From NCBI GenBank assembly GCA_963668315.1, contig OY764216.1:1472001-1536000 (forward strand): a stretch of DNA of 64,000 bases, written 5' to 3'. The notes below the pieces were generated by a model, which was not told the DNA's origin, did no database searches, and saw nothing but the letters and a program-made list of their open reading frames with translations. Positions 9,363 through 20,080 of this stretch are shown piece after piece; the first letter of the stretch is position 1; each line of letters opens with the position of its first letter. This stretch comes from Spirochaetia bacterium (GTDB taxonomy: Bacteria; Spirochaetota; Spirochaetia; DSM-2461). A program made the position numbers and the translations under genes.

Positions 9363-10070
9363 TCAGCTGTCCATCAGATGGTGGCACCACTCTTTCAGCC
9401 GGGGGTCGCCGGCGGCCTTCATGGCATTCATCCTGTCGTGGATATTCAGTTTCTCATAGATATGGGCGATATGGTTTTTTACCGTCTGGAGGGCGATGAA
9501 GAGGCGGTCGCTGATCTCCTGGTTGTCGTAGCCCCGGGAAAGCAGAAAGAGAACGTCCCTCTCCCTGCTCGAGAGAAGGTCCAGATCGTAACGGCGGTTA
9601 TCTCCTCCCCGTTCCTCCCCGGCCGTTTCCGCTGCGGTCTCTTCCCTGGGTGAGATCAGCTTGGCTATGAGGGAAGGGGTGATCAGGGCCTGGCCCATGT
9701 TCAGGGCTTTTATGGCTTGAATCAGATTCTCCGTCGAGGTGTTTTTAAGGATATACCCGGCGGCTCCCCCCGCCAGGGCGTCATGGACATAGATATCGTC
9801 GTCGAAGGTGGTAAGCATCATGATTTTGATATCCGGATACTTCCGGTGAATGAGAACGGTGGCTTCCACTCCGTCCATTTCGGGCATGCGCACATCCATG
9901 AGGATGATGTCGGGCTTCTCCCTTTCCACCTCTTCCAGGGCCTGCCTGCCGTTCTCGGCAATAGCTATGACGGAGAAAGAGGGATCGCTTATCTCCAGAA
10001 TGACTTTGAGATTCTCCACGAAAAGCTTCTGGTCGTCCACAAGCAGAAGCCGGATACTATCCGATGCCAT
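9363..10070 (-). CDS. NarL/LuxR-family response regulator
   Basis: Receiver LLVDD, DIILMDVRMP, LTTFDD; LuxR HTH LSSRERDVL...TVKNHIAHIYEKL. Start is 10070 (best SD spacing) or 10076. Confidence 0.92.
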   Translation of the reverse strand: MASDSIRLLLVDDQKLFVENLKVILEISDPSFSVIAIAENGRQALEEVEREKPDIILMDVRMPEMDGVEATVLIHRKYPDIKIMMLTTFDDDIYVHDALAGGAAGYILKNTSTENLIQAIKALNMGQALITPSLIAKLISPREETAAETAGEERGGDNRRYDLDLLSSRERDVLFLLSRGYDNQEISDRLFIALQTVKNHIAHIYEKLNIHDRMNAMKAAGDPRLKEWCHHLMDS

Positions 10071-11259
10071 TGCCATCCTCCCCGCTGTCCAGGGGGATAA
10101 AAGCCCTTACCTGGAAGCCTTCTATCCCGTTGCCGTACTCCACCGAACCGCCGATACTTTCGAGCCGCTCCCGCATTCCCGCCAGTCCGAGGCCTTCCTT
10201 CACCGAGGGGGCCCCCTTGCCGTTATCGCGGATGAGTACGGAAAGCTGATTGTCGTCCCGCCAGAACATGATATCTATCTTCCCCGCCATGCCGTGGCGG
10301 AAGGAGTTGGTCATGGCTTCCTGTATCGTTCTGTATACTATCTTATCAATTTCAGGGGGAAACTGGGAAGGGGCCTCTCCGAATTCCAGGCTCACCGCAA
10401 TGCCCGTGGATGATTCGAAGGCTCTGATGAGGCGGTTGATGGCAGTCAGTCCCCGGTAATCCGGTTCTTCCCGTCCCCTCAGTTCCCTCATGGCGATCCG
10501 GGTCTCCTCCAGACAGGTGCGGGTCTCCTCCATCGCCCTCAAAATCAGTTTCTTCGCTTCCTCCGGTCTTCGTTCAATCTGTATGGCCCCCGCTTCCAGC
10601 ATGACCCGTACATTGGTCAGGGCGTACCCTACCGAATCGTGTATTTCACGGGAAATCCTCCGCCGTTCTTCCTCCAGAGTTCTTGTCTCGAGCTGTTTGG
10701 CATAGTTCTGATATCCCAGATTGGCTTCGATAAGACGGGAGGCGGCCAGATCCAGACGGCGGTTCAGCTCCTGTTGTTCCGCCTGTTTCTGCTGCTGCTT
10801 TCTGATCAGGCAGGCCGTCTGGCCTGAAAGAAGGGGCAGGAAAAGGAGAATGAGCAGATCGGGGAAGGCGGCCCCCTGTACGGGGAGATGGAAGGCCGAG
10901 CGGTTCTGCTGGAAGAAGAGCAGGGGAAGGAGGACCGCCACGGAGAGAAAACGCCCCCAGGGCAGGGGGATAAACAGGGCCGACTCCACCGCCAGACCGA
11001 TCATGAGCATTGTGCCTATCCAGATATAGTGGCCCGTGGGATAGGCTATAAGGAGAATGAGAAGCAGCCGGAAGAGAATCAGGGGCAGCCGGTTCCTGGT
11101 GCGGATGATGAGCAGGGAGGCTGCCAGGGAGAGGCAGAGGAGTAGATGGAACTGCCAGAGAAATCCCCCGTAGATGATTTGCGGCGCCGAGCTGGTATGA
11201 AACTGGATCAGGGCCAGGCCGTGGAGGATGATCGTGAAGAGGGAAAGTGTCCTTTTCAT
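10057..11259 (-). CDS. Membrane sensor histidine kinase (HisKA_3 type)
   Basis: Polytopic N-terminus; ERRRISREIHDSVG H-box; QEAMTNSFRH, DNGKG, GLGLAGMRER. Confidence 0.92.
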   Translation of the reverse strand: MKRTLSLFTIILHGLALIQFHTSSAPQIIYGGFLWQFHLLLCLSLAASLLIIRTRNRLPLILFRLLLILLIAYPTGHYIWIGTMLMIGLAVESALFIPLPWGRFLSVAVLLPLLFFQQNRSAFHLPVQGAAFPDLLILLFLPLLSGQTACLIRKQQQKQAEQQELNRRLDLAASRLIEANLGYQNYAKQLETRTLEEERRRISREIHDSVGYALTNVRVMLEAGAIQIERRPEEAKKLILRAMEETRTCLEETRIAMRELRGREEPDYRGLTAINRLIRAFESSTGIAVSLEFGEAPSQFPPEIDKIVYRTIQEAMTNSFRHGMAGKIDIMFWRDDNQLSVLIRDNGKGAPSVKEGLGLAGMRERLESIGGSVEYGNGIEGFQVRAFIPLDSGEDGNGIG

Positions 11260-12194
11260 TCCTTGATCCCCTCGGAGAAGCCCCTGTCCAGATTTTTCTG
11301 GATGGACCAGAACAGGATGATGACGGGAAGAGCCGTCAGGACGGAGGCGGCCATGATCCTGTCCCAGACGGCGTTCTTGGAATAAAAGAGAAAGCGGATC
11401 CCCAGGGAGAGGGTATGCAGGCGGGGGTAGCTCCTCAAGAAGACGGAGGCGAAGAGGTAGTCGTTCCAGACGATGATGAAGCAGTAGATGAAAACGGTGA
11501 CCAGGGCGGTCCGCGAGAGGGGGACGATGATAAAGGCGAGAATGCCCAGCCGGCTCAGCCCGTCTATCCGGCCCGCGTCATCCAGAGTGGCGGGTATGGC
11601 CCTGATGTAATTGCCCAGGAGGTAGAGGGCCACGGGAATGACCTGGACGATGTAGATGGCCAGCAGGGTTATCATAGTTCCCGGAGGTGTGCGCAGGAGT
11701 CCGGCGGCGGTGCTCATCCTGTACAGGGGGACGACAAGAAGAACGCCCCCGAGAAGGTAGACGATAAGAACCGCCCGGTTGAAGAAACCCTTTTCAGGAA
11801 ATTTCAGCCGGCCCAGGGCATAGGCGCCCATCATGGCCAGACACATCGCCGTCAGGGCGGAGGTAAAGGCCAGGACGAAGGAATTCCGGAAATAGAGGCC
11901 GAAGGGAAAGATATCGGAAGCCTCCTTATAACGGTCGAGAATCCTTTTCTTCTGATGGCCGTTCAGGCCGGATTCCTCCAGGAGATGCTCCATGATGGGG
12001 TAGGGCTCCCTCACGTTTCTCTTCGGATTCAGAAGCTCCCCGTAGGCATCGGTATTGACGATGTCCGGAATCAGGCGGGGGTTTCCCCACTCCCAGGAGT
12101 ATTTGAAACTTACGGAGAGCATCTGGATAAAGGGGAGGAGGCAGAAAAGGAGAAGCAGAATGACCGACAGGGCGAACAGGATCTTTTTCACCAT
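11256..12194 (-). CDS. Carbohydrate ABC permease (MalG/YcjP-like), paralog of 5938-6900
   Basis: Shared motifs KY(P/S)W(D/E)WGNP and SKNA(I/V)WDRIMAAS; EAA loop reads LDDAGRIDG. Confidence 0.88.
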   Translation of the reverse strand: MVKKILFALSVILLLLFCLLPFIQMLSVSFKYSWEWGNPRLIPDIVNTDAYGELLNPKRNVREPYPIMEHLLEESGLNGHQKKRILDRYKEASDIFPFGLYFRNSFVLAFTSALTAMCLAMMGAYALGRLKFPEKGFFNRAVLIVYLLGGVLLVVPLYRMSTAAGLLRTPPGTMITLLAIYIVQVIPVALYLLGNYIRAIPATLDDAGRIDGLSRLGILAFIIVPLSRTALVTVFIYCFIIVWNDYLFASVFLRSYPRLHTLSLGIRFLFYSKNAVWDRIMAASVLTALPVIILFWSIQKNLDRGFSEGIKE

Positions 12195-13042
12195 CCCATG
12201 ACCCTTTTCACGTAGACCGATATATAGAGCGCCATTATCAGGAACTGAATGACGGCCAGGGCGGCGGCCGGTCCCATCTCCATGGCGCCGGTGAAAGCCG
12301 TATAGTATGTATGGATCGGCAGAGTCCTCAAGTGGGGCGCGAGCAGATAGATTTCGTCGAATTTACTGAAATTCCAGATAAAACGGATAAGGGAGAGAGC
12401 CGACGTGATGAAGAGGATCTCCGGTAAGGTGATATAGAGGAATTTATGCCAGGGACCTGCCCCGTCCACTCCCGCCGCGTCGTAAAGAGAGCGGTCGATA
12501 ACCTGGAGGCGGGAAAGAACGAGGAGGGCGGTGAAGGGGAAATTCCGCCAGATGCTGAAAAGGACGATAAAGAAGACAGGAGCCTCGGACATGAGGTTGA
12601 ACCGGGAAGGGAAGAGGCCTGTCCTCTCCACGAGGAAATCGATGAAGAGCCCGTTAACCGGATCGAAGAAGAACTGCCAGGAGTACACTTCCGAGATAAG
12701 GGGAGAGGCATAGGGGAGAAGGACCACGGCCAGAACCAGGCGTCGTCCGGGAAAAGGCCTGTTCAGCTGCAGGGCCACCGCCACTCCGAAGAGGGTTGTT
12801 CCCAGGGTGGTTCCCGCCGTATAGAGAAGAGTCACTCCCAGGGAGCGCCAGAAAACCCCGTCGGCCAAAAGGTACGCCATGTTGTCCAGCCCCGTGAAGC
12901 TGTCTTTTCCGGAGAGGGACACATCAAAAAAAGAGAGATAAAGGGTATAGAGGACAGGGTAGAGAGAAAGGAGGGATATGATAATCAGGGAAGGAAGAAT
13001 AAAGAGACGGCCTGTCCTGGCTTCCCTTTCCGGAATGGTCAT
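12188..13042 (-). CDS. Carbohydrate ABC permease (MalF/YcjO-like), paralog of 6894-7760
   Basis: Shared WQFFFDPVNG, FSIW(K/R)NFPFT, AFTGA; EAA loop LYDAAGVDG. Start ATG 13042 lies 6 nt after TATAAT. Confidence 0.88.
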   Translation of the reverse strand: MTIPEREARTGRLFILPSLIIISLLSLYPVLYTLYLSFFDVSLSGKDSFTGLDNMAYLLADGVFWRSLGVTLLYTAGTTLGTTLFGVAVALQLNRPFPGRRLVLAVVLLPYASPLISEVYSWQFFFDPVNGLFIDFLVERTGLFPSRFNLMSEAPVFFIVLFSIWRNFPFTALLVLSRLQVIDRSLYDAAGVDGAGPWHKFLYITLPEILFITSALSLIRFIWNFSKFDEIYLLAPHLRTLPIHTYYTAFTGAMEMGPAAALAVIQFLIMALYISVYVKRVMGW

Positions 13043-13115
13043 ACTTTCATTATAGGGGGAATTCACCACAAGGCAAGGAAAAAAGAAAACGCCTATTCCC
13101 CTTATCGCAGACGAC

Positions 13116-13136
13116 GGGGCGGTTCATGACCGCCCC
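13116..13136 (-). terminator. Stem-loop downstream of the MCP gene
   Basis: GGGGCGGT-tcatg-ACCGCCCC, 7 nt past the MCP stop codon. Confidence 0.55.
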
Positions 13137-13143
13137 TTTACCG

Positions 13144-15348
13144 TCACTCCGTTTTAAACTGGCCGAAATTGCGTTTGAGATCGGCGACGATTTCGGTGAG
13201 TTTTTCTATCTGATCCACCATATGCTGCATGGATTTGTTGATCTCCCTGACTCCCGCGGTGGATTCGGTCATCCCCGTGGTCACCACATTGGAAATATCC
13301 TTGACCGTTGAGGAGTTCTCCAGGATAAGGCGCGTCCCTTCCTTGATCTCCTTGGAGCCGTTCCTGATGCTTATGGTCACATTGTTGATCTGGGTGGTGG
13401 ATTCCAGAATCTGTTTTCCCCCCTGGTTGAGTTCCGCCACGGATTGTTCTATCTCGGAGAAGGCATTCACCGTATCATTGACTTCCAGGACAATCTTCTC
13501 GAACGCTTGTGAGGTGACTTCCACGTTTCTGTCCGTTTCCGCTACCGAAGCTGTCACATCCTTGATCACCTGGGTTATTCTTTTTGACGACTCTCCCGAG
13601 GAATCGGCCAGCTTCCGGATCTCCTCGGCCACTACGGCGAATCCCCGCCCGGCGTCGCCCGCATGGGCCGCCTCGATGGCGGCATTCATGGACAGGAGGT
13701 TCGTCCGGGCGGCTATGCCGGAAATCGTCGAAGCCATATCCTGTATCTGTTTGATATTCTCCACCACCGTCTTGAAGGCTTCCGAGGTGGAGGATATCTT
13801 CTCCTTTCCCTCCTGGGCCACACTGGTCAGGGCTTTGGTCGTTTCCCTCTTGTTCTGGGCAACGGCGTTGACATTGTTCAGGGAGGCTATCATCTGAGTG
13901 ATGGCCGCTGTCGATTCCTCCACCATGGCGGACTGATCGAGAATCTGGTCATCCATGGAGCCGATATTGCCCGTCATCTGCTCCAGGGCCGAGGCGCTTT
14001 CCGAAAGGCTGTCATCCAGGGAGACCATCTGCTTCTTGATGGATTCCAGATTGGCGCCGATCTGCTCTACCGAACTGGAGGTCTCTTCCGTGGAGGCGGC
14101 GACGTCCTGACGGACTTCATCGGTTTCATCTATGACTTTTTTCACATCCTCCATAAGGAGCCGGAGCTTATTGACAAATTCATTAAAGGAGGAGGCCACC
14201 TGGCCTATCTCATTCTGCGATCTTACCGGGATGGATACGGTCAGGTCCGCATCGGCCGCCGCCAGATCGCCCAGTTTCGTACCTACCGCCGTCAGAGGCT
14301 TGATGATGATCCGGTTGTAGATGAAGAATACGGCCAGCTGCATGATCAGAAACATGGAGATAAATACGATGAAAGGCGGGAAAATACTGTTTCTTATCCT
14401 CCGGTATATTTCCGCCCGTGAGGAGCCCACAATGATTCCCCAGCGCGTATTTCCGATCTGCTGTGACTGAAGCATGGCGGTGCCGGCATAGGAGTTCCCC
14501 AGGAAGAAATACTCGCGGTTCTTCGCCAGAGCCTCTATGACTTCCGGATAGGTCTCCTCATCATAGCCGAGGTCTGCGGCCAGGTCTTCCAGAAGCACCT
14601 GTTTATCGGGATCGAAGAAATAATCCCCCTCCGGTGAGGGATTCCAGATAAGGTACCGGCCCTGTCGGTCGTACATGGTAATTCGCACCTGGTACTCATC
14701 TATCAGTTCCCTCATTATGGCAACGATGGGATCCAGGACATAGTTCAGGCAGATCACCCCCGAGGGATAGCCGTTTTCGTCCCTGACGGCCATGGCAGCG
14801 GTTATGACTATTTTCGGTTCGGCAGTCTGCTCCGCCGAGATTCGCGGATCGCTTATGACCACACTCCCCACATCGGCCAGGGCGGCCTTATAGTAGTCCC
14901 TTCCTCTCACATCGAAGCCTTCGGCCAGCTGAACGTCCCGCCCCAGAAGCAGGCCCCCCGTATCCCTGGCGGCGGCGAAGACCAGATCGGCGCTGGTATT
15001 TTTCGAAACCAGGGACATGAGGTCCCGAACCCTTTCCGCACCCTCAAGAGCCAGAAAGTCATCATTATCCAGACCGTCGGGAAGGGTATCCATCAGTTTC
15101 ACGAGGGAGATGAGTTCCGGATTGACCGAAAGATTTCGGAGGATTTCAAAACTTTCCGATAACTCCAGGGATATCTGAGCCTGAATATTGTGGGAATCGG
15201 AGAGGAGCTGCGTCTGCTCCTTCTCATATAACATGCCCGACTGGGAGTAGGCTATATAGACGGTGAAAAGACAGGTGATCACCAGCGGTACTATTACCGA
15301 GAACAGTATGATTTTCCCCTTGACGGATTCTTTGTTTTGCTGTGCCAT
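13144..15348 (-). CDS. Methyl-accepting chemotaxis protein (Cache-like sensor, HAMP, signalling domain)
   Basis: Two TM segments; signalling tip [37 protein letters not shown]. Confidence 0.95.
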   Translation of the reverse strand: MAQQNKESVKGKIILFSVIVPLVITCLFTVYIAYSQSGMLYEKEQTQLLSDSHNIQAQISLELSESFEILRNLSVNPELISLVKLMDTLPDGLDNDDFLALEGAERVRDLMSLVSKNTSADLVFAAARDTGGLLLGRDVQLAEGFDVRGRDYYKAALADVGSVVISDPRISAEQTAEPKIVITAAMAVRDENGYPSGVICLNYVLDPIVAIMRELIDEYQVRITMYDRQGRYLIWNPSPEGDYFFDPDKQVLLEDLAADLGYDEETYPEVIEALAKNREYFFLGNSYAGTAMLQSQQIGNTRWGIIVGSSRAEIYRRIRNSIFPPFIVFISMFLIMQLAVFFIYNRIIIKPLTAVGTKLGDLAAADADLTVSIPVRSQNEIGQVASSFNEFVNKLRLLMEDVKKVIDETDEVRQDVAASTEETSSSVEQIGANLESIKKQMVSLDDSLSESASALEQMTGNIGSMDDQILDQSAMVEESTAAITQMIASLNNVNAVAQNKRETTKALTSVAQEGKEKISSTSEAFKTVVENIKQIQDMASTISGIAARTNLLSMNAAIEAAHAGDAGRGFAVVAEEIRKLADSSGESSKRITQVIKDVTASVAETDRNVEVTSQAFEKIVLEVNDTVNAFSEIEQSVAELNQGGKQILESTTQINNVTISIRNGSKEIKEGTRLILENSSTVKDISNVVTTGMTESTAGVREINKSMQHMVDQIEKLTEIVADLKRNFGQFKTE

Positions 15349-15533
15349 GATTAAAGTCCTTTTATGAAATGATTCTAGTTCTATTGTAGTTTAACACGGC
15401 CGGGGAAGCAAATTTTGCTTATGCCCTTTCTTTCTGGCATCGGATGTTTTATAATTAATTATGGAGAGGCCCTGATAAGTGCCTTGCCGAGACGCATCAG
15501 GCCTCCCCCAGTTTTACCTGATAGGAGGCACCC

Positions 15534-16358
15534 ATGAGTATTATTACCATTTCCAGGATTCCCGGTTCCGGCGGGAATGAAGTGGCCCGGCAGTTGGCAG
15601 ACAGAATGAATCTGAATCTTATGGACCGAATGGCTATCGACAATTATATTCAGAACCATCCTGAGTATCCCGGCTGGGTCAAAAGATTGGATGAGCACTC
15701 GCCCGGCTTGTTTGAAAGGGGTAGTGACAGACGTTCCGGCTACCTGGACATTCTCAAGCTGGTCGTTTACGAGACGGCCCTCAAGGGTGATGCTCTCATT
15801 TTGGGGCGGGGGGGACAGTTCCTTCTCAAGGATATCCCCGGCGTTTTTCATGTACGGCTTATCTGCTCGGAAGAGAGAGGCAAAGACAGGATCGCCCTTC
15901 TGCTGGAGGACAAGGATGCGCCCATCGATAAGATCTACAGAAGGATGATCAGCGACAGGGAGGGATTCCACAAGTATTTCTTCCATGCCGACGGTCATGA
16001 GCCCACCTATTACGATATGGTCATCAATACGGATAATATTTCCCAGGAGAGGGTTCTCGACCTTATCGCCTACAGCATGGAGCACAGCTTTGCTTCGGAC
16101 ACGGCCTCCGAGGGTCACCGGGCCATTCAGGACCGCTATCTGGCCCAGAAGATCCATAACCGCATCATCTATGAGAGACAGCTTTCGGTCAATATGCTGG
16201 AAGTGACCGTGGCAAGCGGCAAAGTCACCCTGTCCGGATCGGTCGTATCCGATAAGATCACCGACACCTGCATCAATATCGCTCGGGAGGAGGAGGGGGT
16301 TACCCAGGTAGAATCTCTGCTTTACCTGTACATACCCGGACGTTACGGTCTATATTAG
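15534..16358 (+). CDS. Cytidylate kinase-like family protein with C-terminal BON domain
   Basis: IITISRIPGSGG P-loop, GRGGQFLL, YDMVINT; C-terminal VTVASGKVTLSGSV...GVTQVES is BON-like. Confidence 0.78.
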   Translation: MSIITISRIPGSGGNEVARQLADRMNLNLMDRMAIDNYIQNHPEYPGWVKRLDEHSPGLFERGSDRRSGYLDILKLVVYETALKGDALILGRGGQFLLKDIPGVFHVRLICSEERGKDRIALLLEDKDAPIDKIYRRMISDREGFHKYFFHADGHEPTYYDMVINTDNISQERVLDLIAYSMEHSFASDTASEGHRAIQDRYLAQKIHNRIIYERQLSVNMLEVTVASGKVTLSGSVVSDKITDTCINIAREEEGVTQVESLLYLYIPGRYGLY

Positions 16359-16363
16359 ACTGC

Positions 16364-18922
16364 ATGGAGCAGAAAGAAATAATATACCGTAAGGATTATC
16401 AAAAACCGGATTTTCTGGTTCCCCGTATCGAGCTTTATTTTGATATCGGGGATGAATACATTACCGTTTCCGCCGCCCTGACCGTTCTATTCGACGGGAA
16501 GGGTAAAGCGGCGGAAAGCACCCCCTTTATTTTAGACGGGGAGGATATGGAGCTTCTGTCCGTGGAACTGGACGGAAAGCCCCTGTCCCCGGAAGACTAC
16601 CAGTACAGAAACAGCAAACTCGTCATTACCGGTCTGGGAGAAGAAAGCACCCTGAAGACCGTGGTCAAAATAGATCCCTACAACAACACACAGCTGATGG
16701 GGATTTACCGGTCGGGAGATATCCTATGCTCCCAGTGCGAAGCGGAGGGATTCAGGCGCATCACCCCCTTTCCCGATCACCCGGATATTCTGACACGCTA
16801 CCGGGTGACTATCGAAGGAACCCAGCCCGTCCTGCTGTCCAACGGGAACCTGGTGGCCGAGGAGAAGAGGGGTGACCGGAGAATTGTTACCTGGGAGGAT
16901 CCCTTTCCCAAGCCCAGTTACCTCTTCGCCCTGGTCGCTGGAGATCTGGGCCATATCGAAGACAGTTTTGTTACCTGCTCGGGTAAAACGGTCCCCCTGA
17001 GGATATATACGGACAGGGGAAATGAGAAGCGGGCCCACCATGCCATGGATTCATTGAAAAAGGCTATGAAATGGGATGAGGAGGCCTACGGACTGGAGTA
17101 CGATCTGGACCTTTTCATGATCGTGGCGGTGGATGCCTTTAATTTCGGAGCCATGGAGAACAAGGGACTGAATATTTTCAACTCCTCCTGCGTCCTGGCC
17201 GACAAGGACATCACCACCGACGCCGGCCTCGACCGGATTTCCGGGATCGTGGCCCATGAGTATTTCCATAACTGGACAGGAGACCGCATTACCTGTCGGG
17301 ACTGGTTTCAGCTTACCCTGAAGGAGGGGCTGACCGTCTTCCGGGATCAGTCCTTTACGGCGGATACCACCAGTTACGGGGTCAGCCGGGTGGAGCAGGC
17401 CATCTATCTGAAGCAGATTCAGTTCCCCCAGGATTCCGGTCCGAACAGCCATCCCATCCGCCCCGAGTCCTACCGGGAAATCGACAATTTCTACACGCCC
17501 ACCGTTTACCGCAAAGGGGCTGCCGTCATCCGCATGATCCAGACTCTGGCGGGCAAAGAGGGATTCAGGAAGGGCATCGACGAGTATTTCCGCCGTCACG
17601 ACGGTCAGGCCGTTACCTGTGAGGATTTCCTTTTGTCCATGGAAGCCGGGGGCGGTGTCGACCTGTCTCAGTTCCGCCGGTGGTACAGCCAGGCCGGGAC
17701 TCCCCGGGTGAAGGGGCGGACCGAATGGGACGGCAGGGATACTTTGAAGCTGACCGTGACTCAGGACACGCCGCCCTCCGCTGACGGCAGTCCAAAGGAA
17801 CCTTTTCTCTTTCCCCTGAACGGCGCTCTCTGGTATCCCGACGGTACTCTGGTGAAGGAAGAATCCCTTATCGTCAAGGAGAGGGAGCAGTCCTTTGTCT
17901 TTTCAGGGCTTCGGGAAAAACCGGTTCTCTCCCTGCTCAGGGATTTCAGCGCTCCGGTTATTATGAGCTATGAGCCGCCCGTGGAGGATCTTCTTTTTAT
18001 CCTGGAAAGGGAGACCGATGCCTTCGCAAGGTTCAACGCCTCACGGGAACTCTTTCTGGGCGTTCTCAAAGGGGTATGGGATGAGACTGTTCTGACCGCC
18101 CCCTTTCTGTCCCTTCTGAAAAATGAGAAGGCCGACAGGGAACTGACCGCCTGGCTGATGACACTGCCGACCATAGACGACGCGGCCGACCTCTCTTCTC
18201 CTCTGGATTTTGAAAAAGCCCGTAGCGGACGGAACAGGGTGAAAAGCGCTCTCGGTAAAGGTCTGGAAGGGAAGATCCTTCCCCTCTATCAAAGCCTGGG
18301 AGAGGGCGCCTATGTCTATGATCGTGCCGGTGTAGGGAACAGAGCTCTCAGAGGGGTGCTTCTGGATTATCTGGTAAGTGCCGACAGAACGCATCTGTCT
18401 CTGGCGGAGAAGCAGTATTACGGAAGCGATAATATGACCGACTCCTCAACGGCCCTGAGGTGCCTCTGCCGGTTTCCCGGAGAGGAAAAGGAGAGGGCTC
18501 TGGCCCATTACCTGGAGCGCTGGAAGGATCAGTTCCTTCCCCTGACCCAATGGTTCTCCTACTATTCGGGAGCGGAAGAGGGGGATGTCCTGGCCGATGT
18601 CGCCCGCCTGGAAGGGCATGAGCTTTTCAGAAAGGATAATCCCAATATGGTTCGCGCCCTCTTCGGCGGTTTCGCCGGCAACAGGGCGCAATTCCACAGG
18701 CCCGACGGTCAGGGATACCGGTTTATCGCGGATAAAATCAGGGAACTGGACAGGATCAACCCCGGTGTCGCCGCCGGCCTGGGCGGCTCCTTCTACCGTT
18801 ATTCCCAGCTGGATGGCGGACTGAAAAAGGAGATGGGCCGGGCTTTGGAATCCATACTCTCCGGCGGCCGCCCTTCGGCGGGCGTTCTGGAAATCGTGGA
18901 GAATACTCTGAAGAGTTCCTAA
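16364..18922 (+). CDS. pepN: Aminopeptidase N (M1)
   Basis: SQCEAEGFRRIT, GAMENKGLNIFN, HEYFHNWTG...LKEG zinc motif, NPNMVRAL. Confidence 0.95.
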   Translation: MEQKEIIYRKDYQKPDFLVPRIELYFDIGDEYITVSAALTVLFDGKGKAAESTPFILDGEDMELLSVELDGKPLSPEDYQYRNSKLVITGLGEESTLKTVVKIDPYNNTQLMGIYRSGDILCSQCEAEGFRRITPFPDHPDILTRYRVTIEGTQPVLLSNGNLVAEEKRGDRRIVTWEDPFPKPSYLFALVAGDLGHIEDSFVTCSGKTVPLRIYTDRGNEKRAHHAMDSLKKAMKWDEEAYGLEYDLDLFMIVAVDAFNFGAMENKGLNIFNSSCVLADKDITTDAGLDRISGIVAHEYFHNWTGDRITCRDWFQLTLKEGLTVFRDQSFTADTTSYGVSRVEQAIYLKQIQFPQDSGPNSHPIRPESYREIDNFYTPTVYRKGAAVIRMIQTLAGKEGFRKGIDEYFRRHDGQAVTCEDFLLSMEAGGGVDLSQFRRWYSQAGTPRVKGRTEWDGRDTLKLTVTQDTPPSADGSPKEPFLFPLNGALWYPDGTLVKEESLIVKEREQSFVFSGLREKPVLSLLRDFSAPVIMSYEPPVEDLLFILERETDAFARFNASRELFLGVLKGVWDETVLTAPFLSLLKNEKADRELTAWLMTLPTIDDAADLSSPLDFEKARSGRNRVKSALGKGLEGKILPLYQSLGEGAYVYDRAGVGNRALRGVLLDYLVSADRTHLSLAEKQYYGSDNMTDSSTALRCLCRFPGEEKERALAHYLERWKDQFLPLTQWFSYYSGAEEGDVLADVARLEGHELFRKDNPNMVRALFGGFAGNRAQFHRPDGQGYRFIADKIRELDRINPGVAAGLGGSFYRYSQLDGGLKKEMGRALESILSGGRPSAGVLEIVENTLKSS

Positions 18923-19857
18923 TCCTTCGTCAGATCCTCCGGACTTCCGAGGAGAAAGCCTGCCAGAAGCGGGCTGTGGTCCGAGGGGAAAGAACCGTTT
19001 CCCCGCACGGTAAGGGTTCCAGCCCGGATCCGGCGGGATGAAAGGGCGGGGGTAGCGAGCATGTGATCCAGCTGGCAGGGAGTACCTTCATAGGTGTATG
19101 TCGGGGTTTCCACGAGGCTGTTCAACCCGTAGGGCCCCAGGGTGAGGGCGGTGAGGGTTTTTGTCCGGGGTTCATCGTTAAAGTCCCCCGTGAGAAGGAT
19201 CAGCGCCCTTTTCTCTCTCTCAAGAATTTTCCCTATTTCCCGGGATAGGGCCTTCGCCTGGCCGAGTCTCGTCCGGCTGGCTTGTTCTCCTCCCAGCCGG
19301 GACGTGAGATGGACATTGATAAGGTAGATGGTCTTTCCCCCATAGTCGAAGGTGAGGACGAGCGGTTTCCGGCAGAATTCAAAGGCCCGGTCATTCCACC
19401 TGACCGCCGGGGCAGCCGGACGGACCCGGGAGCTGTCGTAAAGGAATCCCGTACGGATATTGGCGCCCGGTTTTCCACCGTCCATGCCGTTCTCGGGTGG
19501 CAGGGTGGCAAATTCGTAGGGCTTCCCCGAGACTTCGGTCAGCCTGTCGGCCAGGGAGGCAAAATTCTCCCCGGCTTTGACGGTTCCGTCATCCTGAATC
19601 CCCGAATCGTCCATAATCTCCTGGAGCGCTATGATATCGGGGCATGACAGATCTTCGGCTAGGATGCCGATTATCCCGTCCCTCTTACGAATATTCTCCT
19701 CTTCCTTCCGTCCGGAAAAACGAAGGGAGTAATTCTCTATGTTCCAGTCGGCAACCCAGAGAATATCCTCCCCGCCGGTTTCTGCCGCCGGCCATTCCTG
19801 TCCGCAGCCGGAGAGAAGGAGTAGGAGAATCGCTAACAAGGGGAAATATGTCTTCAT
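18919..19857 (-). CDS. Endonuclease/exonuclease/phosphatase-family lipoprotein
   Basis: Lipobox LLSGC; WNIEN, IALQEI, GDFND, LDH, SDH catalytic motifs. Start MKTYF at 19857. Confidence 0.85.
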   Translation of the reverse strand: MKTYFPLLAILLLLLSGCGQEWPAAETGGEDILWVADWNIENYSLRFSGRKEEENIRKRDGIIGILAEDLSCPDIIALQEIMDDSGIQDDGTVKAGENFASLADRLTEVSGKPYEFATLPPENGMDGGKPGANIRTGFLYDSSRVRPAAPAVRWNDRAFEFCRKPLVLTFDYGGKTIYLINVHLTSRLGGEQASRTRLGQAKALSREIGKILEREKRALILLTGDFNDEPRTKTLTALTLGPYGLNSLVETPTYTYEGTPCQLDHMLATPALSSRRIRAGTLTVRGNGSFPSDHSPLLAGFLLGSPEDLTKD

Positions 19858-20080
19858 AGAAGCCTCCTTTGCTTCCGGGGCGCAGAAAAAATCTCCCCTG
19901 ACCCGGAATATCCCTTTGACACTGAAAAAAAACCGTGTTAACTTATTCTTCTGTCCATAGAGCTTCCTCCAGCTGAGGATTTTTTTCCCGATACTGTTAA
20001 CCCCCTGCGAAGCTGCCGCTTTCAATGAAACAGGGTTCCATACCCTCAGTAATCTTTTCATTCAGAAAGGAGGATTACCC

